NCBI GenBank assembly: GCA_947461195.1 | Contig: CANHIU010000003.1 | Span: 1,131-65,130 of the forward strand | Origin: Bradyrhizobiaceae bacterium | GTDB lineage: Bacteria > Pseudomonadota > Alphaproteobacteria > Rhizobiales > Aestuariivirgaceae | Reading direction: 5' to 3' | DNA: 64,000 bases | In this document: piece by piece, positions 9,285 to 18,549 of the stretch | How positions within the stretch are numbered: the first letter of the stretch is position 1 | Layout of the letters: every line of letters starts with the position of its first letter | Made by a program: the position numbers and the translations under genes | Notes under the pieces: generated by a model | Told to the model about the DNA's origin: nothing | What the model saw: the letters and a program-made list of their open reading frames with translations, nothing else | Database searches by the model: none

Positions 9285-10853
9285 ATGAGTTTTTCACGGC
9301 GTCAGGTCCTGAGGTCGGCGGCAACGCTTGGCGCGTTGGCCGCGGCGATGCGTCTCGGCACGTTTCCCAGCATCGCGGAGGCAGGCGACCTGCTGATTGA
9401 GCGTCAGGCCTTTGCGGAGGATCACGTCCGCAAGCTTGCCGAGGCCCTGTCCCAGAAGCCATGGGAAGACATCCGCATCGCCATGCCGCCTGGCTGGGAG
9501 GCGCTCAGCTATGACCAGTACCGCGACATCCGCTTCAATCCGGAGAAATCGTTCTGGAAAGGCGAACAGCATCAGTTTTCCTTCGATCTCTTCCATTCCG
9601 GTTTCCTGTTCACGGCGCCGGTGGATGTACATGTCGTGGAGGACGGCCAGACCGCGCGCATCAATTACAGCCCGGACCTGTTCAACTTCGGCCCGCTGGC
9701 ACCCAGGACGGATGGGAAGACCGACTTGCACTATGCCGGACTGAGGCTGCGCTATCCGATCAATTCAAAGGACGTGAACGATGAGTTCGCCGTCTTCCAG
9801 GGGGCTTCCTATTTCCGCGGCGTCGGCCGTGGCCTGCTCTATGGCCTTTCGGCGCGCGGGCTTGCAATCGACACCGGTCAGCCCCAGGGGGAGGAATTCC
9901 CCATGTTCCGCGCCTTCTGGGTGAGGAGGCCTGATCCGGCGGCCACCACCGTCGTGGTCGAGGCGCTGCTCGACAGTCCCTCCGTGACGGGCGCCTACAA
10001 GTTCTCGATCAAGCCTGGCGAGGACACGCAGATGGACGTCGAGATGGTGCTGTTCCCGCGGCGGGACATCAGTCATTTCGGCATCGCGCCGATGACCTCT
10101 ATGTTCCTGCTCGATTCGATCTCACGGCCTGTCGAGGATTTCCGTCCTGCGGTTCACGACTCGGACGGCCTCATGATGCTGACGGGGGCAGACGAGTGGC
10201 TGTGGCGGCCGCTGACCAATCACAAGACACTGCAGGTAAGTGCATTCCAGGACATGAGCCCGCGTGGCTTCGGCTTGATGCAGCGCAAGCGCGACTACCG
10301 TGATTTTCTCGACCTCGAGTCGCGCTATGAACGCCGCCCGAGCCTGTGGGCGGAGCCAATCGGCGACTGGGGTGCGGGCGCGGTCGAGCTTTATGAGATT
10401 CCGACCCTGCTTGAAACCAACGACAACATCGTCGCCTTCTGGAAACCGAAGGAGCCGCTGCGGCAGGGACAGAGCTACGCATTTGTCTACCGCCTCCACT
10501 GGTGCGCGGACTGGCCCGTGGGTGCAGAACTGCCCGTGGCGCGCACCATATTCTCAGGCGCCGGGGTCGATCCCAACTATTCGGCAACACCGCCATCTTA
10601 TGACCCAGATCTGAGGCTTTACGTCGTCGAGTTCGCGGGTGGCGATCTCGATGGGGATCTCATCCCGGACGTGACGGCCTCCGCGGGCGTCATCTCCAAC
10701 GTGCATGCAGCAAAGAACGACGTCGCTAAAACGGCGCGCCTCTCCTTCGAGCACAACGTCAATGGGACCGACATTGCGGAACTGCGTGCCGTGCTGAAGC
10801 GCGGCGACAAGAAGGTAAGCGAAACATGGCTCTATCGCTGGACAAGAAGCTGA
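9285..10853 (+). CDS. opgG: Osmoregulated periplasmic glucan biosynthesis protein OpgG/OpgD (Tat signal)
   Basis: SRRQVL Tat motif; YDQYRDIRF, FQGASYFR, YGLSARGLAIDT, EEFPMF, VHDSDGL, NDNIVAFW, SETWLYRW. Confidence 0.92.
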   Translation: MSFSRRQVLRSAATLGALAAAMRLGTFPSIAEAGDLLIERQAFAEDHVRKLAEALSQKPWEDIRIAMPPGWEALSYDQYRDIRFNPEKSFWKGEQHQFSFDLFHSGFLFTAPVDVHVVEDGQTARINYSPDLFNFGPLAPRTDGKTDLHYAGLRLRYPINSKDVNDEFAVFQGASYFRGVGRGLLYGLSARGLAIDTGQPQGEEFPMFRAFWVRRPDPAATTVVVEALLDSPSVTGAYKFSIKPGEDTQMDVEMVLFPRRDISHFGIAPMTSMFLLDSISRPVEDFRPAVHDSDGLMMLTGADEWLWRPLTNHKTLQVSAFQDMSPRGFGLMQRKRDYRDFLDLESRYERRPSLWAEPIGDWGAGAVELYEIPTLLETNDNIVAFWKPKEPLRQGQSYAFVYRLHWCADWPVGAELPVARTIFSGAGVDPNYSATPPSYDPDLRLYVVEFAGGDLDGDLIPDVTASAGVISNVHAAKNDVAKTARLSFEHNVNGTDIAELRAVLKRGDKKVSETWLYRWTRS

Positions 10854-12709
10854 CCGCACGGGCGATGCCCGCTGAAGCTCCGCTCGACATGCCCATTCAG
10901 GACCTTTCGTCCTGGGAGGGCAGGCCGGCAGATGTGGGCAATGGCCGCGATGTGACGCTGGCACGCATCTTCGTATTCGTCACATCCGCCGCCCTCACCG
11001 CATTCGGCACATGGAAGATGTATGAGGTGATCAACCCGGTGAATGTCACCGCGCTGCAGGTGCTTTTCGCTGGCTTCTTCGCACTCACATTTGCCTGGAT
11101 CTCCTTCTCATGCGCCAGCGCGATCCTCGGGTTCTGGGTCTTGCTGCGCGGCAAGACCGTGCGACCGCCGCTGGCCGATATGAGCGATATCGGCCGCTCC
11201 GCATTGCTGATGCCCGTCTACAATGAGGATCCGGCGCGCGTCTTCACTGCGCTGTCCCGCATGGGCCATGCACTCCGGCGTCAGGGCGCCGGCGGACACT
11301 TCGACATCTTCGTGCTGAGCGACACGCGGAAGGAGAACATCGCGGAGGCCGAACTGGAGGCTTTTGCCTGGCTCCGGCGGCAGCTTTCTCCGGAGGTGAA
11401 TGTCCATTACCGCCGCCGGGAGCACAACCACCATCGCAAGGCTGGTAACATTGCCGATTTCGTCCGGCGCTGGGGCGCAGCCTATGATCACATGATCGTT
11501 CTCGACGCCGACAGCGACATGAGCGATGCCGCGCTGATCACGCTGGCGCGCGCCATGGCGGCGGATCCACAGGCCGGCATCATCCAGTCGCTTCCGCTGC
11601 TGCAGAACCGCTGGACACCGTTTGCGCGCATGACGCAGTTCGCCGGCCGCGTCTACGGTCCTCTCATCGCTGCGGGGCTTTCCGCCTGGCACGGCCGCGA
11701 TGGAAATTACTGGGGCCACAACGCCATCATTCGCACCATGGCCTTTGCGGAAGCCGCGGGATTGCCCGAGCTTGACGGCCGCAAACCGTTCGGCGGGCAT
11801 GTTCTGAGCCATGACTTCGTGGAAGCGGCGCTGATGCGCCGTGCAGGATATGCGGTCTATATGCTGCCGCAGCTTGCGGGATCCTATGAGGAAACGCCAC
11901 CCTGCCTCATCGACCTTGCCGTGCGCGACAGGCGCTGGGCCCAGGGCAATCTCCAGCACATCAAGATCGTTGGTGCAAAGGGCCTGCACTGGGTCAGCCG
12001 GGTGCACCTCGTGCAGGGGATCATGTCCTATCTGGCCTCACCCTTGTGGCTCATGCTGCTGTTGGCGGGCCTGGTGCTTGCCACCGTTGCCCGGCATGTG
12101 ACGCCGAATTATTTCCCTGAGTCCTTCTCGCTGTTTCCGAGTTGGCCGGTCTTCGACCCCGAACTGGCCTTCAGGCTCTTCGCCATCACGTTCACCGTTC
12201 TCTACCTGCCGAAATTCCTGGCGCTGTTCCTGGCGTTGCGCGATCGCGAGCTGCGGCAGGGTTGCGGCGGTGTGAGCGGCCTCGTCAAGAGCGTGGCCGC
12301 GGAAAGCGTCGTCTCCATGATGCTCTCGCCCATGATGATGCTCATCCAGTCACGCGTGGTGGCCGAGGTGCTGCTCGGCCGCGATTCCGGCTGGCACGCC
12401 CAGAACCGTGACGATCAGGCCATGCCGCTTGGTGATTGCGCCAGGATACACTCACTTCATGTTGTGGCGGGCCTGTCCTTTGCGGTGCTGTCCTTCCACA
12501 TCTCCCTGGTTGCCTTCCTGTGGCTCCTGCCAATCGCGGGCGCGCTGATGTTGTCTCCTCTCGTGTCCTGGGCCACCGGCTTGCCCGAACTGGGCCGCCG
12601 CATGTGGGACTGGAACCTGTTCCGCATTCCGGAAGAAGCCCCGCGCGGCACCGCTGGTCTGACCTACGTGGAGATTGCGCCGGAGCCCTTGCTCGAGGCC
12701 GCGGAATGA
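10826..12709 (+). CDS. opgH: Glucans biosynthesis glucosyltransferase OpgH/MdoH
   Basis: MPVYNED, RKAGNIADF, VLDADS, NYWGHNAIIR, SHDFVEAA, RDRRWAQGNLQH; overlaps opgG. Confidence 0.95.
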   Translation: MALSLDKKLTARAMPAEAPLDMPIQDLSSWEGRPADVGNGRDVTLARIFVFVTSAALTAFGTWKMYEVINPVNVTALQVLFAGFFALTFAWISFSCASAILGFWVLLRGKTVRPPLADMSDIGRSALLMPVYNEDPARVFTALSRMGHALRRQGAGGHFDIFVLSDTRKENIAEAELEAFAWLRRQLSPEVNVHYRRREHNHHRKAGNIADFVRRWGAAYDHMIVLDADSDMSDAALITLARAMAADPQAGIIQSLPLLQNRWTPFARMTQFAGRVYGPLIAAGLSAWHGRDGNYWGHNAIIRTMAFAEAAGLPELDGRKPFGGHVLSHDFVEAALMRRAGYAVYMLPQLAGSYEETPPCLIDLAVRDRRWAQGNLQHIKIVGAKGLHWVSRVHLVQGIMSYLASPLWLMLLLAGLVLATVARHVTPNYFPESFSLFPSWPVFDPELAFRLFAITFTVLYLPKFLALFLALRDRELRQGCGGVSGLVKSVAAESVVSMMLSPMMMLIQSRVVAEVLLGRDSGWHAQNRDDQAMPLGDCARIHSLHVVAGLSFAVLSFHISLVAFLWLLPIAGALMLSPLVSWATGLPELGRRMWDWNLFRIPEEAPRGTAGLTYVEIAPEPLLEAAE

Positions 12710-13117
12710 TCAGCCAGCCGTAACGGCACCGTCTGCCGCGATCCGAAGACGCCCCGCGCTTCGCAGGCGGGCAAGCTCATCCAGCGTGACGCATGCGATC
12801 AGGCAATGCCTTCCGTAGAGGACTGCCGCCACCTCTGCACCGACCGCGAGGTTGATGTCGGGTTCAGCAAGGATGATCGCGTCCGGCGCGGTGCTGAGCC
12901 GGATCGCCTCGGCGATGGCGCCGGGCGCGGAGCCCGATCCGCGCGTCTCCGTCATCAGGAGAATCATGCCCTTCACACATGCACCGCGCTGGGGATGATG
13001 CACGTCGATGATGACGCCCGTTCTCGGCTCGAAGGCCCCCCAGAAGCTCAAGGGCTCGTCGAGGGACAATACGCTGCCTTCTGCTGCCTCGCCGGTGAGG
13101 ATACGGGCTCTGATCAT
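12710..13117 (-). CDS. Aconitase X swivel (small) subunit, DUF126
   Basis: PLSFWGAFEPRTGVIIDVHHPQRGA, TRGSGS, APDAII; ATGA overlap with the large-subunit stop. Confidence 0.85.
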   Translation of the reverse strand: MIRARILTGEAAEGSVLSLDEPLSFWGAFEPRTGVIIDVHHPQRGACVKGMILLMTETRGSGSAPGAIAEAIRLSTAPDAIILAEPDINLAVGAEVAAVLYGRHCLIACVTLDELARLRSAGRLRIAADGAVTAG

Positions 13118-14376
13118 CGCGCGCTCCACAGATTGGGGTCACGCCAGACCTCGCCGCGGATGGCGCTTTCCACGCATTCGCGGAGTGAGCCGAATGCAAC
13201 CTCCACCCCAAGCATGCCGGGTGCGTAGTATGCCCACTTCGCGGCATTGGTCATGACGCGGCCCTGCAAGCCCCTGACGCGTGGCGAGTGATAGGTGCAA
13301 ACATCGACCGGCACCTCGATGCCGCAAGCCTCGAGCTCCGCGATCCAGCCCTTCGCCCGCGCCAGCTCACGGACCACCCGGCTGGTTGAGACCAGGAATG
13401 GCAAACCGGACCTTACCCTTCGTCCGTCGAGAAGGCGTACAAGATCCGCGAACTCGGAGAGCGCGAAATGTGGCGTACCGAGCGCCACCGCATCGAGCGG
13501 ACCATCCTGCGCCGTCGAGAGGTCGCGATGGGCGCGGGCCAGTTCGTCCACCGTCACGACATGGGTTTGCGTCCCGCGAAACACCGATGCCAGTTCTGGT
13601 GCTTCCGGCGTCACGCCGGTGCCATGCCACAGCTCGACGCCCCCGGATGAGGCTGCCGCGGAACTGATCGCCTTCAGCGCGTGTTTCGGGGCATCGGGAA
13701 ACAGCCCTGAGATGACTGGCACGCGCCGCCCGGCGAGCCGCCCCGTATGGTGCCCGATCAGATGCGCGAAGACGTCTTCCCGCCGCCATTCCTCTGGCAG
13801 GCCGGTTGCATCGATGTGGAGCGTTGCGCCACGCTCTTCTGTGCGGTGCAGTCCTGCATCGGGCGCAAGTCCCGTGAGCGCGCAGGCGACATCCAGATAG
13901 TCGCCGTACTTGTTGGTCCGCGCACCGACCACTGAATTGTAGTAGGAGACGGCGTTGGATTCTCCCACTGCAATATGGTCACCGAATTTCGGGCCGCCTG
14001 CATGCTGGTAGGGCGCACAGGTCCATGTCGGCCGGGTGCCAAGCTTTTCATAAAGCCGCATCAGCTCGGTTGCACCCTGCACCGTCTCCGGGTCCTCGCG
14101 CTCGGGCCTCAGCGTGGGATCCGCCAAGCTCACAACGCCATTGTTGGTCCATGTTTCGACAGCAAGCGTGGCGCCGTTCTCGATCAGAAAGCGCACGAAG
14201 TCCACGTGCGCCTGGCCGGTGTAGAAGCAGGCGTCGAGATGCGCGAAGGAAATCGGGATCAGCCGCTCCGCCTCCATGATGGTTGCTGCCTTGACGACGA
14301 GCCGCATTGCCAGCTGCATCGCCTTGCCGGCGTCTCCGGCGAGCATGGCGCGGGAGTGATCGGAGAGTTCCAGCAT
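13114..14376 (-). CDS. Aconitase X catalytic (large) subunit, DUF521
   Basis: TWTCAPY, ESNAVSYYNSVVGARTN, LGTPH, MTNAAKWAYYAPG. Confidence 0.85.
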   Translation of the reverse strand: MLELSDHSRAMLAGDAGKAMQLAMRLVVKAATIMEAERLIPISFAHLDACFYTGQAHVDFVRFLIENGATLAVETWTNNGVVSLADPTLRPEREDPETVQGATELMRLYEKLGTRPTWTCAPYQHAGGPKFGDHIAVGESNAVSYYNSVVGARTNKYGDYLDVACALTGLAPDAGLHRTEERGATLHIDATGLPEEWRREDVFAHLIGHHTGRLAGRRVPVISGLFPDAPKHALKAISSAAASSGGVELWHGTGVTPEAPELASVFRGTQTHVVTVDELARAHRDLSTAQDGPLDAVALGTPHFALSEFADLVRLLDGRRVRSGLPFLVSTSRVVRELARAKGWIAELEACGIEVPVDVCTYHSPRVRGLQGRVMTNAAKWAYYAPGMLGVEVAFGSLRECVESAIRGEVWRDPNLWSAR

Positions 14377-14377
14377 T

Positions 14378-17300
14378 CTATGGTTTCACCTGTTCGTGTG
14401 CCAGCCGGTTGAGTGCCTGATAGTCGGTCTTGCCGGAGCCCAGCAGCGGAATTTCCGGCAGAACGACGACGCTCCGCGGAATCATGAGCGCAGGGGTGGC
14501 CAAAGCCTTGAGCGCATCAGCCGCCTTGCGCGCGTCGATCGTATCGCCGGTGGTGAACATCACCAGCTGCTCACCCTTGCGGGCATCCGGGATGGCCACA
14601 ACGGCATGCTGTGCATCGGGCAGTGCTTCCGCCAGTTTCGTTTCCACCAGCCCCAGCGAAACCATCTCGCCTGCGATCTTCGCGAAGCGCTTCGCCCGGC
14701 CCAGAATGGTGATGAAACCATCATCGTCGATCTTGACGATGTCGCCCGTGTCGTACCAGCCATCGGGTGGCACTTCGATCACGCCCGGATTGTCGGCGCG
14801 AAGATAGCCCAGCATGATGTTGGGCCCCTTCACGTGCAGCCGTCCGCCTTCGTCGATTCCGGGAACGGGCTCGATCCGGTGCTGGACCTGGTCCAGAAGG
14901 CGGCCGACGGTACCCGTGCGGAAGTGCATCGGCGTGTTGACCGCGAGAACCGGCGAACACTCGGTGGCGCCATAGCCTTCGAGGATGCGCAGACCGAACT
15001 TTTCCATCCAGGCTTCGCGTGTCTCGGGCTTCACCCTCTCCGCGCCGGCGACGACCAGGCGAACATTGAAGAAGTCATAGGGGTGGGCGCTTCGCGCATA
15101 GCCCATGAGGAAGGTATCGGTGCCGAAAACAACCGTGGCATTCGTTTCGTAGCACAGCTCCGGCACGACCTTGTAATGGAGCGGAGAGGGGTAGAGAAAG
15201 GTGCGAACACCCGCCAGCACCGGCAACAGTGCGCCGCCGGTCAGGCCGAAGGCATGGAACATGGGAAGCGCGTTGAACACCACGTCAGATGCCGTAAAGG
15301 CGATGCGGGCCGCTGCCTGGTAACGGTTGGCATGGAGATTCCGGTGCGAGAGGACGACCCCCTTGGGCAGGCCCTCCGAACCCGAGGTGAAGAGGATGAC
15401 CGCAGGCGCATTGGGATCCTGCTCCGCACCGCCCATGCGCAGGGCAGTTCTGGAGAAGAACCGCGCGAAGAGGCCGTAGAGCTTGTCCTTGGTTGTCAGG
15501 CTTTCGCGCAGGTCTTCGAGGAAGATCACCTTGCAGCTCTGGCCAAGGACGTTCAGGTCCTCTTCCATGTTGCCCGCCTCGATGAACCGGCGTGATGTGA
15601 CAATGGTCGAGACCTGCGCCGCCGCGCAGGCCGCAGCCATGTTGACGGCACCGGTGGAGAAATTCAGCATCGCAGGTACGCGGCCGAAGGCGTGCAGCCC
15701 GAAGAGCGTGACGAAGCAGCCCGTGGCGTTGGGCAGCAACACCCCCACGTTTCGCTGTCCGGGCGTCATTTCGGCCATGCGGCGGCCCAGGATGAAGCTG
15801 CCCATGACCAGCCGGTCATAGTTCGCCGGGTTGCGCTGAATGTCTTCGACCACCACGTGGCGGCGTCCATGGGTATGGCGCGCATCGAGAAGGGCCTCGA
15901 ACAAGGTGCAGTCGACGTTGGAGGTGCGGAAGACCATGTCGGTCATGACGTCATAGAGCCGGTCCGCCTGGTGTTGACGGAGTTCCGCGCCGCGCATGCC
16001 GTCCGGCGCATCGAACTTCACGGGCGGCAGGAAGGTGATGGTGATCTTCGGAAACCAGCGGAGCCTCAGCTTGCCGCGCATGCGGGAGAAGGGCGTGTAG
16101 AGTGCGCCGTCGATCCTGACCGGCAGAACCCGCGCTTTCGCCATCTGCGCGATCGCCCCCGGGCCTTCATAGACCTTCATGAGTGCTCCCGTCACCGTCA
16201 GGCGGCCTTCGGGGAAGATCACGACCTTGCGCCCCTTCTTCAACTCATCCACCAGAACGCGCAGCGCCATGGGGTTTGCCGGGTCGATTGGGATCATGTT
16301 GAACAGCGAGAATGAGGGTCTCGCCCACCACTTCCTGGCAACGTGGCTGTTGATGGCAAAGCTGGCACGCTCTGGCAGGAAGGCGGAGAGCAGGGGGCCG
16401 TCCAGATAGGAGCTGTGATTGGCGACGATCACGGCCTTTCTGCCGGCTGCGCGGAGGTTCTCCATGCCCTTCACCTCGACCCGGTAGAGCAGGCGGAAGA
16501 GCATCCGTGCAAGGCTGCCGGCCAGTTCCTGCGTCAGCAGCCGGGCCACGAACACTGAGGCTACGGCGTTGGCAAGGCCGAGGAGCAGGAAGAAGCCTTG
16601 CGCTGACATCACCTTGAGCAGCACCGCGCCCGCCACGGCGGAGCCGATCATGAAAATGGCGTTCATCACGTTGTTTGCCGCAATCACCCGGGCCCGGCGC
16701 TGCGGGTTCGACCGGTGCTGCATGATGGCGTTGAGGGGAACCGCATAAATACCGCCGAAGAAGGCGACGAAGAACAGGTCGATCCCCACGCGCCAGCCCT
16801 GCCAGTGGCTGAAGAAGGCGGTGACGCCATTGCCCGGCGTTCCCGCCAGCGCCGCATTGGCGCTTCCCGCCGCGAAATAGAGGTCGAGCAGGAACAGCGT
16901 CATCATGATCGAGGCGATCGGCACGTAACGCGGCGAAACTTCTCCCTTCAGCAGCGCGTTGGTGAAAAGCGAACCCGCACCTATGCCGACGGTGAACAGC
17001 CCGATGAAAGTATTCGCCACCCCTTCATCCGCCAGCAGAACGTCCCGCGTGAAGACGGGAAGCTGCGCCATGATGGCGGCGCCCAGGAACCAGAACCATG
17101 AACCGCCGATCACGGACCAGAAGACGTCCTCCCTCTCCCGGGCGTAACTGAGAAGCTTCAGCGTCTGGCGTGGTACGTTCCAGTCAAGCACGATGGACCG
17201 GTCGCCCAGTGCGGAGGGCATGAGGAAGGCACAACCAAGTGCAACAGCCGCAAGTCCGATGATCGTGCTGGCGAGAAGGACCCTGCCCCAGTCGTCCAGC

Positions 17301-17824
17301 ACCAGGAAACCGCCATAAAGAGTGCCCAGCAGGATCGTGACGAAAGTTCCGAGCTCGATGAGGGCATTGCCGGCGATGAGCTGATCCCGCCGCAGGTATT
17401 GCGGCAGGATGCCGTATTTGATGGGACCGAAGAACGCAGCCGTGGTGCCCGCGAGGAACAGCGCCGTCAGGTGCATCCAGGGGTTCTCGAGCCAGAGCGA
17501 CAAGGCCCCGAACACCATTGCCCCGAGGTCGAAGAGCTTGATCCAGCGGGCGAGGACTGCCTTGTCGTGCTTGTCGGCGAGTTGCCCGGCAATGGCCGAA
17601 AACAGGAAATAGGGCAGCATGAAAAGCGCCAGCCCAGCCTGGACGAAGAGTGTGGCGTCGAAGCCGAATCGCACCGCCAGATCAAAGGTGATCAGGATGG
17701 CGATGCCGTTGCGGACCGCATTGTCGTTGAAGGCGCTGATCGCCTGTGTCACGAACAGGGGCAGGAAACTGGGCGACTTGAGGATCGCGAACTGGCTTTG
17801 GGTCTCGTTGGTATTGCCGCTCAT
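14378..17824 (-). CDS. aas: Fused MFS (LplT-like) / PlsC acyltransferase / acyl-ACP synthetase (Aas-type acyl-[ACP]-phospholipid O-acyltransferase)
   Basis: N-terminal MFS (TQAISAFNDN, GQLADK, FGPIKYGILP); NHSSYLD and FPEGR PlsC motifs; FTSGSEGLPKG and EGYGATE AMP-binding motifs; start 17824 or 17857. Confidence 0.92.
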   Translation of the reverse strand: MSGNTNETQSQFAILKSPSFLPLFVTQAISAFNDNAVRNGIAILITFDLAVRFGFDATLFVQAGLALFMLPYFLFSAIAGQLADKHDKAVLARWIKLFDLGAMVFGALSLWLENPWMHLTALFLAGTTAAFFGPIKYGILPQYLRRDQLIAGNALIELGTFVTILLGTLYGGFLVLDDWGRVLLASTIIGLAAVALGCAFLMPSALGDRSIVLDWNVPRQTLKLLSYAREREDVFWSVIGGSWFWFLGAAIMAQLPVFTRDVLLADEGVANTFIGLFTVGIGAGSLFTNALLKGEVSPRYVPIASIMMTLFLLDLYFAAGSANAALAGTPGNGVTAFFSHWQGWRVGIDLFFVAFFGGIYAVPLNAIMQHRSNPQRRARVIAANNVMNAIFMIGSAVAGAVLLKVMSAQGFFLLLGLANAVASVFVARLLTQELAGSLARMLFRLLYRVEVKGMENLRAAGRKAVIVANHSSYLDGPLLSAFLPERASFAINSHVARKWWARPSFSLFNMIPIDPANPMALRVLVDELKKGRKVVIFPEGRLTVTGALMKVYEGPGAIAQMAKARVLPVRIDGALYTPFSRMRGKLRLRWFPKITITFLPPVKFDAPDGMRGAELRQHQADRLYDVMTDMVFRTSNVDCTLFEALLDARHTHGRRHVVVEDIQRNPANYDRLVMGSFILGRRMAEMTPGQRNVGVLLPNATGCFVTLFGLHAFGRVPAMLNFSTGAVNMAAACAAAQVSTIVTSRRFIEAGNMEEDLNVLGQSCKVIFLEDLRESLTTKDKLYGLFARFFSRTALRMGGAEQDPNAPAVILFTSGSEGLPKGVVLSHRNLHANRYQAAARIAFTASDVVFNALPMFHAFGLTGGALLPVLAGVRTFLYPSPLHYKVVPELCYETNATVVFGTDTFLMGYARSAHPYDFFNVRLVVAGAERVKPETREAWMEKFGLRILEGYGATECSPVLAVNTPMHFRTGTVGRLLDQVQHRIEPVPGIDEGGRLHVKGPNIMLGYLRADNPGVIEVPPDGWYDTGDIVKIDDDGFITILGRAKRFAKIAGEMVSLGLVETKLAEALPDAQHAVVAIPDARKGEQLVMFTTGDTIDARKAADALKALATPALMIPRSVVVLPEIPLLGSGKTDYQALNRLAHEQVKP

Positions 17825-17931
17825 GTGACGGGCCTTGTTCCAGTTGTAGGTTTCCATGGAGTCTGACCGGAATATGTCAGACCTGTGGTGGATCAGCAAA
17901 GGCTGAAAAACTTATTGTGAAGACGCAATTT

Positions 17932-17957
17932 CAAACCGGGCCGGGAAGAACCCCGTA
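17932..17957 (+). promoter_or_regulatory. Putative ECF sigma promoter of fasciclin gene 1 (CAAACC-N16-CGTA)
   Basis: AAC-N16-CGT geometry 36 nt upstream of the ATG; a matching motif lies upstream of the second fasciclin gene. Confidence 0.5.
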
Positions 17958-17993
17958 TCCATGATCGTCACTGATGACAATTGGGAGATTACA

Positions 17994-18482
17994 ATGAACC
18001 GCCTTCGCAACATTGCCGCTGCTGCCGCCTTTGCCGTGTCGAGCCTGGCGCTGTCCGCCCAGGCCTATGCCGCTGACATCGTTGATACCGCCGTCGCTGC
18101 TGGCAGCTTCAAGACGCTGGTGGCTGCCGTTCAGGCCGCAGGCCTCGTCGACACGCTGAAGGGTGCAGGCCCCTTCACGGTCTTCGCCCCCACCGATGAA
18201 GCCTTCGCAAAGCTTCCCGCGGGCACTGTCGAAGACCTGCTGAAGCCCGAGAACAAGGACAAGCTCGTGGCCATCCTGACCTACCACGTTGTGCCCGGCA
18301 AGGTGATGGCCGCGGACGTGGCCGGCAAGGAGACCATGGCCAAGTCCGTGCAGGGCGGCGAGATCACCGTCAACGGCACCAATGGCGTGAAGGTTGACGG
18401 CGCAACGGTCGTCCAGGCCGACATCGTCGCCGACAACGGCGTCATCCACGTCATCGACGCGGTCATCATGCCGAAGATGTAA
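17994..18482 (+). CDS. Secreted fasciclin (FAS1) domain protein
   Basis: Signal peptide (AYA-ADIV); [26 protein letters not shown]; GGGAG SD. Confidence 0.95.
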   Translation: MNRLRNIAAAAAFAVSSLALSAQAYAADIVDTAVAAGSFKTLVAAVQAAGLVDTLKGAGPFTVFAPTDEAFAKLPAGTVEDLLKPENKDKLVAILTYHVVPGKVMAADVAGKETMAKSVQGGEITVNGTNGVKVDGATVVQADIVADNGVIHVIDAVIMPKM

Positions 18483-18508
18483 CGGCGCACTCCCTGTAGC
18501 CGTGTGGG

Positions 18509-18541
18509 CGGCCGGCGCGGATTCTCCGAACGCGCCGGCCG
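18509..18541. terminator. GC-rich hairpin between convergent fasciclin and aruI-like genes
   Basis: CGGCCGGCGCG / CGCGCCGGCCG 11-bp perfect stem. Confidence 0.6.
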
Positions 18542-18549
18542 TTCTGCAT

